Assembly (NCBI GenBank): GCA_018052565.1
Contig: JAGPNC010000002.1
Location: forward strand, 6,648 to 70,647
Direction: 5' to 3'
DNA: 64,000 bases
Origin: Candidatus Shapirobacteria bacterium
Lineage (GTDB): Bacteria; Patescibacteriota; Microgenomatia; 0-14-0-10-38-17
Shown here: piece by piece, positions 19,494 through 27,477 of the stretch
Layout: the number at the start of each line of letters is the position of its first letter
Position numbering within the stretch: the first letter of the stretch is position 1
Position numbers and translations under genes: made by a program
Notes under the pieces: generated by a model
What the model was told of the DNA's origin: nothing
The model's input: only the letters and a program-made list of their open reading frames with translations
Database searches by the model: none

Positions 19494-20840
19494 TCATTTT
19501 CTCTTATTTTTTCTTTGCTCTTTTTCTAAAAGCTTGGCCGCTTTTTCCCTTATTCCGGCTGTTCGCGTTAACACTGTTAACGATTGCCTGCCGGCCCTAA
19601 CCTCTTCAATTAAATAAATTAATGAGGCGGGGCTTATGAAATTCCCCCGCGAATCTTGAACTCCGCCTAATTCTTCTAATTTCCGATAAAGCTGTCCAAA
19701 GTTTTTTGCGTCGCTAATCTTACGAACAGGTTTATTGAGGCGAAGCAGCTCGGTCAGGGGAACCTCTTTACTCATTATTTTGCCTTTTTCTCCCTCGACC
19801 TGCCTAATGACGACTGCTTTTCCTTCTTCAACAGATGCTACGATCCAGCCGGTTTCAATAGCGCCACTGCTTCTTTGGACCACCACTTGTGAGCCGCTCT
19901 CTATTTTAAATTTTGGTCGTCTCTTAGATTTCTCCGGTTCCATAGAAGTTTCAGGCCTTGCTGGTATTGTAAAGACAACTGCTGTCATATCATCTTTTTG
20001 GGCACGAGGATGGGATGATAGGCTTCTTTTTTGCGCTTTTTTGACTAATATTTTTGCTGCTCTCTTATTGCTTTTGGTTTTAAGAATTATTCTCCTTATC
20101 TCCGGATCGGTAAGATTGCCAGTGATGCCATCGGAACAAAGGAGAATGCGGTCTCCCGGTTCTACCGGAAAAACATAAAAGGTAGGGGTGGGGGTTGGTT
20201 CATTTCCATCCAGCGCTCGGCTAATAATATCTTTCTCTTCGAAGTACGGTTTTATTTCATCAGGAAGATCTGCCGGATTATCGCAATTACTGATTGCTTC
20301 TTGCACCTGCCTGGCCAAAGGGTCGCCCCCATCGCTTCTGGCTAGACTGTCGTCAAGCGTCACTCTTTCTTGTTCTTGCTGTTTTTTGCTGAATATGTAA
20401 GCCCGGCTATTACCAATATTAGCCACGATGAGCTTTTGCTCTTCCGGTTTTTGGGGGTTTTCCCAAAGATAAGCAATGACGGCGGTGGTTGAACCGGCGC
20501 CTGGTGTTTGTCTAATTCTCTGACTGGCTGATCTTAACGCTTCGGCAAGCTGTCCTTGAACTTCCTCCGGCGAATTAGGAATAGATTGTTCGGATAAATA
20601 ATCCCTCACAGCATTTTCAGCTGAGATAGCGGCTTCTTTGCCGCCGGGCTCTCCGCCAACACCGTCAAAGACGGCAAAAACCCCTCTGTCCGGCATAAGC
20701 AAACAGGAATCTTCGTTTCTTTCGGGGTGTTGAAAACTGGCTTCGGTTTCCCAGCCAAAGGCTACCCGTGGTGAAGGTTTCCCCTTTTCCTTTTTTAGAC
20801 CGATTTCTCCTCGAAGAAAGTTAAAAATAGTTTCTGGCAT
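19494..20840 (-). CDS. PP2C-family Ser/Thr protein phosphatase with an unassigned C-terminal domain of about 170 aa
   Basis: PPM motifs FAVFDGVGG, ANIGNSRAY, LLCSDGITGNL and DDMTAVVF. The C-terminal half (KFKIESGSQVVVQRSSGAIETGWIVASVEEGKAVVIRQ...) matches nothing I recognise and ends in a Lys/Arg-rich tail. Confidence 0.75.
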   Translation of the reverse strand: MPETIFNFLRGEIGLKKEKGKPSPRVAFGWETEASFQHPERNEDSCLLMPDRGVFAVFDGVGGEPGGKEAAISAENAVRDYLSEQSIPNSPEEVQGQLAEALRSASQRIRQTPGAGSTTAVIAYLWENPQKPEEQKLIVANIGNSRAYIFSKKQQEQERVTLDDSLARSDGGDPLARQVQEAISNCDNPADLPDEIKPYFEEKDIISRALDGNEPTPTPTFYVFPVEPGDRILLCSDGITGNLTDPEIRRIILKTKSNKRAAKILVKKAQKRSLSSHPRAQKDDMTAVVFTIPARPETSMEPEKSKRRPKFKIESGSQVVVQRSSGAIETGWIVASVEEGKAVVIRQVEGEKGKIMSKEVPLTELLRLNKPVRKISDAKNFGQLYRKLEELGGVQDSRGNFISPASLIYLIEEVRAGRQSLTVLTRTAGIREKAAKLLEKEQRKNKRK

Positions 20841-20857
20841 TTGTTTTTGTTTTTTTA

Positions 20858-20930
20858 AGTAGCCCCATCGGGATTTGAACCCGAATTGCCAGGATGAGAA
20901 CCTGGTGTCCTAACCGTTAGACGATAGGGC
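20858..20930 (-). tRNA. tRNA-Glu (anticodon CTC)
   Basis: The reverse complement GGCCCTATCGTCTAACGGTTAGGACACCAGGTTCTCATCCTGGCAATTCGGGTTCAAATCCCGATGGGGCTA folds as a cloverleaf. 7-bp acceptor stem, D-loop GTCTAACGGTTAGGAC, anticodon stem CCAGG/CCTGG with loop TTCTCAT, T-arm TCGGGTTCAAATCCCGA. CCA is not encoded. Confidence 0.85.
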
Positions 20931-20937
20931 CTTTTAA

Positions 20938-21135
20938 AGTTAAAAGTCCAAAGTATAAAAATCTCAAAACTCAAATGGCAAATGTTAAAACTACAACTCA
21001 AAACTTAAATCTGAAAACACTTTTAAGTCTTAAAAAGTTTTGACATTTACCATTTAGTTTTGCGTTTTACCATTTGAGTTTTAAGATTTTATTTAGGTTT
21101 TGATCTTTGATTTTTGCATTTTGATTTTTCTTATT
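20938..21135. repeat. long imperfect hairpin, 'aaaactcaaatgg' variant of the intergenic repeat family
   Basis: Left arm (20945-21010) is taaaaatctcaaaactcaaatggcaaatgttaaaac.... Right arm (21040-21110) is gttttgacatttaccatttagttttgcgttttaccatttgagttttaagatttt. The reverse complement of the right arm is near-identical to 27033-27090. Confidence 0.75.
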
Positions 21136-21279
21136 ATATCTTTTTTATTTTTTCTTGACAAGGAGGGGATAAAGTAATATAATCCCTTCGTTCTCTAAAT
21201 TAAATTTCGGGCAGAGAACGCCTTTTTAATCTACGGGAAAAGAGCCTCTTTTAAGTTATTTTAGCTGCTTTTTTATAGA

Positions 21280-21738
21280 ATGGACAAGAAAATTTTGACT
21301 CCTGAAGGATTTCGTGATCTTCAGGGGAAATTGAACCAGTTAAGGAAAAAACGCCCGGCAATTTTGGACCGTTTGGAACATGCACGGAGTATGGGTGATT
21401 TGGCGGAGAACAGCGAATATACTCAGGCTAAGCAAGATTTAGAATTTTTGGATCACCAAATTGACGAATTAGAAGAAAAAATTATCCAATCGCGAGTAGT
21501 TGGCAACGAGGCTCAAAATGGCCAGGTAAAGATTGGCAGTCAGGTGGAGATGATTTTGGGTCAGAAGCCGATCGTTTTGTCAGTGGTAGGTGATGATGAG
21601 GGCAACCCATTAGCAGCAAAGATTTCTTATTCTTCACCTTTAGGTCAAGCTCTGCTAGGCAAAAAAGCAGGGCAGGAGGTTGTTTTAAAGACCCCGGCAG
21701 GAGAAGAATTAGTTTACCAGATTAAAAAAGTTAGTTAA
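21280..21738 (+). CDS. greA: transcription elongation factor GreA
   Basis: N-terminal coiled-coil LTPEGFRDLQGKL...GDLAENSEY and a C-terminal FKBP-like domain. Confidence 0.9.
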   Translation: MDKKILTPEGFRDLQGKLNQLRKKRPAILDRLEHARSMGDLAENSEYTQAKQDLEFLDHQIDELEEKIIQSRVVGNEAQNGQVKIGSQVEMILGQKPIVLSVVGDDEGNPLAAKISYSSPLGQALLGKKAGQEVVLKTPAGEELVYQIKKVS

Positions 21739-21771
21739 AGGAGAAAGTTTTGTGCTAAACTAAGGTTTGAG

Positions 21772-23220
21772 ATGAATGCGCGCTTGGGAAAGATTCGCCA
21801 GGAGAGAATTAAAAAACTTCAGGAGTGGCGCCATCTTGGCGTTGACCCCTTTCCTCCTCGACTCCCCAAAAGAGAGCTAATAGAAAAAGCCAGGGGGGAA
21901 AAAGGAAAAAAAGTGAGTGTTTGCGGGCGGATTAGGGCTTGGCGTGGTCATGGTGGTTCTTCTTTTGCCGATCTTTATGATCAAAGCGGTAAGATCCAGC
22001 TTTTTTTCAGCCGTCGCGATTTGGGGGAGGAAAATTATCACCATCTTGATCTTTTAGATATTGGTGATTTTCTTTTCGTCCGGGGAGAAGTTTTTGAAAC
22101 AAAGAAGGGAGAAATTAGCGTTAAAGTTTCCTCTTATCAGCTTTTGGCTAAATCTTTACGTCCTTTGCCGGGTAAATGGCGAGGATTAAAAGATATTGAG
22201 CTACGATGCCGTAAGCGTTATCTGGATCTTCTGATTAACCCCGCTTCTTTTGATGTTTTTCTTAAAAGAAGCCAGACAGTGAGTTTTGTCCGCTCTTTTT
22301 TGGAAAAAGAAGGGTTTTTGGAGGTCGAAACGCCTACTCTTCAGCCGCTTTATGGCGGTGCTTCCGCGCGGCCGTTTGTTACCCACCACCATGCCCTAGA
22401 TGTTGATCTTTACCTGAAAGTTTCCGATGAGCTTTATCTTAAACGCCTGATTATTGGTGGGATAGAAAAGGTTTTTGAAATTGATCATAACTTTCGCAAC
22501 GAGGGAATTGACAAGCATCATAATCCGGAATTTACGATGATGGAATGCTACTGGGCGTATGCTGATTACCATGATATGATGAGGCTGACAGAAGAGCTTT
22601 TTTCCCGGGTGGCCAAAGAGGTTTTAGGGGAAACCATAATTTCTTATCACGGCCATAAAATTAATTTAAAGACGCCTTGGGAAAGGATAAGCATGGCGGA
22701 GGCAATTAAGCATTATTTGGGTTGGGACCCTCAAAAGATAAGCGACCGAGAATTAAAGAAAAAGCTAGCGCAAAAAAAGATGATTCTTCCGGGTGAATTT
22801 AATCGGGGGCAGGCAATGGCGGCTCTTTTCGAGGAGGTTGAGCCCTATTTAGTTCAACCTACTTTTATCTACGATTATCCCAAAGAGACAACGATGCTGT
22901 GCAAGTTGAAGCCAGAAAATCCCGACTTAATTGAACGCTTTGAGCCTTATATTGCCGGCATGGAAGTAGGTAATGCCTATTCGGAATTAAATGATCCGCT
23001 TTTACAGCGGGAATTTTTTGCCGATCAGGTAGAGAGGAAAAAAGCTGGCGATGAAGAAGCCACGCCAATGGATGAAGATTTTCTTGAGGCCATGGAGTAT
23101 GGAATGCCCCCCACCGGCGGGCTGGGGATTGGTATTGACCGGATGATAATGCTTTTAACAGGCCAGGAAAATATTCGCGATGTTATCCTTTTCCCGACGC
23201 TAAGGCCGAAGAAAGAATAA
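21772..23220 (+). CDS. lysS: lysine--tRNA ligase (class II)
   Basis: N-terminal OB fold, motif 1 LRCRKRYLDLLINP, motif 2 FRNEGID and motif 3 GGLGIGIDRMIMLLTG. Confidence 0.9.
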   Translation: MNARLGKIRQERIKKLQEWRHLGVDPFPPRLPKRELIEKARGEKGKKVSVCGRIRAWRGHGGSSFADLYDQSGKIQLFFSRRDLGEENYHHLDLLDIGDFLFVRGEVFETKKGEISVKVSSYQLLAKSLRPLPGKWRGLKDIELRCRKRYLDLLINPASFDVFLKRSQTVSFVRSFLEKEGFLEVETPTLQPLYGGASARPFVTHHHALDVDLYLKVSDELYLKRLIIGGIEKVFEIDHNFRNEGIDKHHNPEFTMMECYWAYADYHDMMRLTEELFSRVAKEVLGETIISYHGHKINLKTPWERISMAEAIKHYLGWDPQKISDRELKKKLAQKKMILPGEFNRGQAMAALFEEVEPYLVQPTFIYDYPKETTMLCKLKPENPDLIERFEPYIAGMEVGNAYSELNDPLLQREFFADQVERKKAGDEEATPMDEDFLEAMEYGMPPTGGLGIGIDRMIMLLTGQENIRDVILFPTLRPKKE

Positions 23221-23229
23221 AGACAGTAT

Positions 23230-23350
23230 AAAGTCAAAAGTTAAAATGCAAAAGTCAAAATTTCAAGTTAAAAGTTAAAAGTTTTTTTTGTTTTACTTTT
23301 GAATTTTTACTTGTACTTTTAACTTTTGAATTTTAACTTTTGACTTTTCT
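23230..23350. repeat. AAAAGT/ACTTTT hexamer hairpin
   Basis: aaagtcaaaagttaaaatgcaaaagtcaaaatttcaagttaaaagttaaaagt, a short loop, then ttttgaatttttacttgtacttttaacttttgaattttaacttttgactttt. Confidence 0.8.
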
Positions 23351-23392
23351 AAGCAATTAAGCAATTCAATAAGTGAATAATTTATTTTATCT

Positions 23393-23941
23393 ATGATTAC
23401 CCGTGAGGAAGCCTTAGGGCTTTTGGAAGAAAATCTTTCCAACCATAATTTAATAAAACATAGTTTAGCCTCGGAAGCAGTGTTGCGGGCGTTGGCTTCT
23501 CGTCTAGGGGAAAATGAAGAAGAATGGGGTTTGGCTGGACTTTTGCATGACCTGGATGCCCAAATTGCTTCTCCTCAGGAGCACGGCTTGAAAACCGTGG
23601 CTATTTTAGGGGAAAAAATTAATCCGGCAATGGCGCAGGCGATAAAATCTCATAACCAGCCTTTTAATGGTATTAAACGGGAGACAAAATTTGATAACGC
23701 TTTGGCGGCGGGGGAGACAATTACGGGCCTAATTGTTGCCGCAACGTTAGTTCTGCCAAGCAAGAAATTGGCCGATTTAAAATTGGCAAGTGTTTTGAAA
23801 AGATTTGAGGAAAAGCATTTCGCCGCCGGCGCCAGAAGAGAAGATATTGCTCTGTGTGAAAAATTGGGGCTAAGCTTGGAAGAATTTGCCGACCTTGCCC
23901 TTAAGGCAATGCAGGGGATAAGCGAAGAATTAGGGTTATAA
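23393..23941 (+). CDS. HD-domain phosphohydrolase (YqeK-like)
   Basis: H..SLASEAVLRALASRLG...AGLLHDLD gives the H...HD motif of the HD superfamily in a protein of about 180 aa. Confidence 0.6.
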   Translation: MITREEALGLLEENLSNHNLIKHSLASEAVLRALASRLGENEEEWGLAGLLHDLDAQIASPQEHGLKTVAILGEKINPAMAQAIKSHNQPFNGIKRETKFDNALAAGETITGLIVAATLVLPSKKLADLKLASVLKRFEEKHFAAGARREDIALCEKLGLSLEEFADLALKAMQGISEELGL

Positions 23942-23969
23942 TTGATTATTGAATTACTCAGCGACTTAG

Positions 23970-24092
23970 AAAAGTCAAAAGTTAAAATTTTCCGCCCAAG
24001 GCGGATCCGTCTCTGGCGGAAAAAGTCAAAAGTGCAAGTAAAAATTCAAAAGTAGCAAGGCAAAGAAACTTTTAACTTTTGAATTTTGAATT
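23970..24092. repeat. AAAAGT hexamer hairpin with GC core
   Basis: aaagtcaaaagttaaaattttccgcccaaggcggatccgtctctggcggaaaaagtcaaaagtgcaagtaaaaattcaaaagt ... acttttaacttttgaattttgaatt. Confidence 0.8.
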
Positions 24093-24098
24093 ATCTTT

Positions 24099-25355
24099 AT
24101 GCTTTCTATTGATTTTGTTCGTCAAAACAAGGAGTTAGTTAAAAAGGCAGCAAGCGAGAAGCAGCTTGATCCTAAAGTGGTGGATCAACTTTTAGATGCT
24201 GATGCTAAAAGGCGGGAGTTAATTCAGAAAATAGAAGCTTTACGGCAACAAAGAAAGATTGCTTCCCAAGAGAGAGAGATCGAAGAAGGGAAAAAGATAA
24301 AAGAAGAGTTGGGAAAGCTTGAGCCAGAGCTAAAAAAAATTGAAAAAGAATATAGGAAGCTGATGTTTTTGGTTCCCAATATCCCTTCTCCTGACACACC
24401 AGAAGATGATCAGGAAATTTACCGGTGGGGTGATAAGCCAAAATTTAATTTTGCTCCTCTTTCTCATCTTGAATTAGGGGAAAAACTAGATTTAATTGAT
24501 CTTAAAAAAGGCGCCAAAACTGCTGGCTTCCGGGGTTATTACCTTAAGAACGAGGCAGCCCAGCTTCATTTTGCCCTTCTTTTTTATTCGTGGCAGAAAA
24601 TTATCAGTAAAGGTTTTACGCCATTTTTGCCACCGACGATTTTGCGGGAATTTACTCTTTTAGGGAGCGGCCATTTTCCTTTTGGCCGTGAGGATATTTA
24701 TCAAATTGCCAATCCCGGCAAACTTGAAAGTGGGGAGAAAATAAGCGAACCTTTGTTCTTGGCCGGCACGGCTGAGCCATCGCTTTTAGCTTATTTTGCC
24801 AACGAAACTTTAAGAGAAGAAGATTTGCCGGTTAAAGTTTGCGGCTGGACGCAGTGCTATCGCTCTGAGGTAGGCAGTTATGGCCGGGACACACAAGGGA
24901 TTTATCGGATTCATGAGTTTATGAAAGTGGAGCAAGTGGTTTTGTGCCAGGGAGACGAAAAAGTTTCGGACGAGTGGTTGGAAAAAATGCGTATTTATTC
25001 GGAGGAAATATTGCGTGACCTAAAGCTTCCTTATCGGGTTATTCAGGTAGGGAAAAAAGAGATGGGGGCGGGGAAGCGAAAAATGTATGACCTGGAAACC
25101 TGGATGCCATCTCGTCATGCTTATGGAGAAACCCATTCTGATTCTAATTTAACTGACTGGCAAGCGCGAAGGCTAAATATTAAATACCGGAGCAAGAAAG
25201 GAGAGATTAAGTTTGTTCATTGCCTTAATAATACCGTTTTGGCCTCGCCGCGGATTTTAATTGCCATTTTAGAAAACTATCAACAGAAAGACGGTTCGAT
25301 TTTAGTCCCCGAAGTTTTGCAAGGATTAGTAGGGAAGGAGAGAATCACTCGCTAG
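24099..25355 (+). CDS. serS: serine--tRNA ligase
   Basis: N-terminal coiled-coil arm and class II motifs (FRGYYLKN, CYRSE..S.G.DT.G.YR.HEF.KVE, a GSG/GxGxER-type motif). Confidence 0.9.
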   Translation: MLSIDFVRQNKELVKKAASEKQLDPKVVDQLLDADAKRRELIQKIEALRQQRKIASQEREIEEGKKIKEELGKLEPELKKIEKEYRKLMFLVPNIPSPDTPEDDQEIYRWGDKPKFNFAPLSHLELGEKLDLIDLKKGAKTAGFRGYYLKNEAAQLHFALLFYSWQKIISKGFTPFLPPTILREFTLLGSGHFPFGREDIYQIANPGKLESGEKISEPLFLAGTAEPSLLAYFANETLREEDLPVKVCGWTQCYRSEVGSYGRDTQGIYRIHEFMKVEQVVLCQGDEKVSDEWLEKMRIYSEEILRDLKLPYRVIQVGKKEMGAGKRKMYDLETWMPSRHAYGETHSDSNLTDWQARRLNIKYRSKKGEIKFVHCLNNTVLASPRILIAILENYQQKDGSILVPEVLQGLVGKERITR

Positions 25356-25444
25356 ACGACGTTATTTAGCCTCAATTCGTGGTATATTATCCCCAAAGAA
25401 TAGGCTTTTCCTGTTTCTTGCTTGATAGCCAAATTACTATAGAC

Positions 25445-25470
25445 ACTCCATTGCTACATAGCAATGGAGT
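25445..25470. repeat. perfect 11-bp-stem hairpin ACTCCATTGCTA-CAT-AGCAATGGAGT, copy 1 of 2
   Basis: It lies between convergent serS and the methylthiotransferase gene. A second copy is at 35136-35161. There is no U-run on the correct side for a classical terminator on either strand. Confidence 0.6.
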
Positions 25471-25540
25471 AAAAGTTAAAAAACAGAGAGAAAAGAAGTT
25501 ATTGCATTTTTTAATCTTAAAAGCAGAGGCGCAAAACCCA

Positions 25541-26857
25541 TTAACTCCCGTCGGGGATTAATGGGGTGCCATGGAGCTTTTTGCCGCCAATTAGGCCGGT
25601 AATTTTAATGGGGATGATTTTTGGTTCTAGTTTTTTAGAGGTGGCAATTTCTGTTTCCCAAAAATTTTCTGTCAAACCATGCCAGTTTTTCCCTTTTTTT
25701 CCTAAAATCAGGCAGTTTAATTTTTTGCCGATAAGTTTTTTGCCCTCCTCTTGACGAATCTTTTCTGTTAGGACGCGTACCTTCTGGCTTCTCTCTTTTT
25801 TAATTTCTTGGGGAACTTCTTCCCAGAGACCATTTTTTATCATTTTGTCGGCAGTGGTTCCCGGTCGGGCAGAAAAACGGAAAGTATGGGCAAAGGCAAT
25901 TTTCGTCTCTTTAATATATTGCAGTGTTTGTTGAAAATCTTCTTCCGTTTCCCCCGGAAAGCCAACAAGGATGTCACTGCGCAAATTAAATTCAGGGACT
26001 TCTTGTTTTATATATTGTAGTAGCTTTTTTGTTTTTTCTAGATTAGTTTTCGGCCGATTCATTAGCTGGTGAAGACGAGAGGAACCGGTTTGAAGAGCAA
26101 GATGAAAATAGAGAGAAAGGCGTTTTTCGCTGTGGTAGTCTTTTAAATAAGTTTCTACTAGGGCTGGCGTAATTAAGTTGGGGGTAAGGGAGCTCAGGGA
26201 AAGCCGAGTCAGTCTTGTTTTTTTTAAGATTAAGTTAATAAGATCATTTAGCCTGTCATGGGTTTTTAAGTCTTGGCCGAAAGAGGAAAGGTTAATCCCG
26301 CATAAAATCACTTCCTGAACGCCTTGGTTAACCAGTCGATTAATCTCTTTAATAATTTCTTGCGGTGGTCTGCTTTGAAGTTTCGGCCGCAAAAAAGGGA
26401 CAAGACAAAATGAACAATATTGCTGGCAGCCGTCTTGAATTTTTACCCACTCTCGGATTGGTGTTTCCCGGCTTGAGAAAATTCTTTTTTTTCTGGCAAG
26501 AAATGGAAATCGCGAGGTGATAATTGAGGGGATTTTTTCTTTGTCAAGATTATCGATAAAAAGATCGGCGGCGGGCAAGTTTATCCCTAATTTTTTTTGG
26601 GTTTCAACGGCACAGCCGGTAACAACCAAAAAACTTTTTGGGAATTCTCGTTTAAGGTGGTTGATAGCTTGTCGTGTTTCATGCTCAGCTTTTTGAGTAA
26701 CGGCGCATGTGTTTAAAATGATCAAGTCGGGGGCAATTTTATCTTCAGCGCCAAACAGGGTAAAGCCTTTGTTGATTAGTTCTTCCTGGATTCTTTTGCT
26801 TTCTGCCCGATTAACCCGGCAGCCAAAGTTTTGGATGGAAAAAGTAGGAGAAGACAT
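25541..26857 (-). CDS. radical-SAM methylthiotransferase (MiaB/RimO family)
   Basis: N-terminal MTTase domain with FGCRVNRAES, radical SAM CQQYCSFC, and a C-terminal TRAM-like region. Confidence 0.8.
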   Translation of the reverse strand: MSSPTFSIQNFGCRVNRAESKRIQEELINKGFTLFGAEDKIAPDLIILNTCAVTQKAEHETRQAINHLKREFPKSFLVVTGCAVETQKKLGINLPAADLFIDNLDKEKIPSIITSRFPFLARKKRIFSSRETPIREWVKIQDGCQQYCSFCLVPFLRPKLQSRPPQEIIKEINRLVNQGVQEVILCGINLSSFGQDLKTHDRLNDLINLILKKTRLTRLSLSSLTPNLITPALVETYLKDYHSEKRLSLYFHLALQTGSSRLHQLMNRPKTNLEKTKKLLQYIKQEVPEFNLRSDILVGFPGETEEDFQQTLQYIKETKIAFAHTFRFSARPGTTADKMIKNGLWEEVPQEIKKERSQKVRVLTEKIRQEEGKKLIGKKLNCLILGKKGKNWHGLTENFWETEIATSKKLEPKIIPIKITGLIGGKKLHGTPLIPDGS

Positions 26858-26865
26858 GAGATAAA

Positions 26866-27125
26866 ATTAAAAGTCCAAAGTTAAAAGTTAAAAATTAAAA
26901 GTCAAAAATTCCCGCCCAAGGCGGGTCCGCCATGGGCGGAAAAAGTCAAAAGTTAAAAGTAAAAGAACAGATCAAAGAACAAAAATCAAAATGTCCCCCT
27001 AGGGCGGGGCGCCTCTGGCGGAAAAAGTATAAAAATCTCAAAACTCAAATGGCAAAACGCAAAACTAAATGGTAAATGTCAAAACTTTTAAGACTTAAAA
27101 GCGTTTTCAGATTTGAGCGCTGAAA
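26866..27125. repeat. composite repeat block: AAAAGT hexamers, two GC-core double hairpins and an 'aaaactcaaatgg' arm
   Basis: aaaagtccaaagttaaaagttaaaaattaaaagtcaaaaattcccgcccaaggcgggtccgccatgggcggaaaaagtcaaaagttaaaagt...ccccctagggcggggcgcctctggcggaaaaagtataaaaatctcaaaactcaaatggcaaaacgcaaaactaaatggtaaatgtcaaaactttt. Confidence 0.8.
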
Positions 27126-27162
27126 TCCTGTGATTTTTTGCTGCCAGCAAATGTAAGCTTAT

Positions 27163-27287
27163 TGTGGCTGGGACATAAATGTTATTTTGAGCCCGCCTTG
27201 GCGGGGGGAGAATCCCCTTGTATGAGATTCTTCAGTCGCTTACGCTCCTTCAGAATGACAGAAAAAGAATTATGTCCCAGCCACACT
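27163..27287. repeat. MITE-like palindromic element with terminal inverted repeats GTGGCTGGGACATAA / TTATGTCCCAGCCAC
   Basis: Both inverted repeats can be read directly. The interior contains ggggagaatcccc and cagaatgacag. Related ends occur at 19425-19480, 41878-42062 and 54212-54330. Confidence 0.7.
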
Positions 27288-27477
27288 ATTATATATCATC
27301 AGCTTAGTTTAAAGATGGGTTATAATTAGAGTGGGCTAAATAAAAATTTTTAATTTTGAATTGTCATTTTGCATTTTGACTTTTGAATTTTGATTTTTTA
27401 ACTTTAAGACCTTAGAATTTTTACCGATTTTGAGTTAGATTTTTAGCAAAACAAAAAAATATTATTTAAATTAAGTT

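Noticed and set aside
19735-20400. Plus-strand ORFs (147 and 70 aa) inside the PP2C gene
   Set aside because: Antisense shadow ORFs, low complexity.
25445-25470. Perfect 11-bp hairpin between convergent serS and miaB as a bidirectional intrinsic terminator
   Set aside because: On both strands the T-run precedes rather than follows the stem, so it does not fit the classical terminator geometry. Kept as a repeat with its second copy at 35136 instead.
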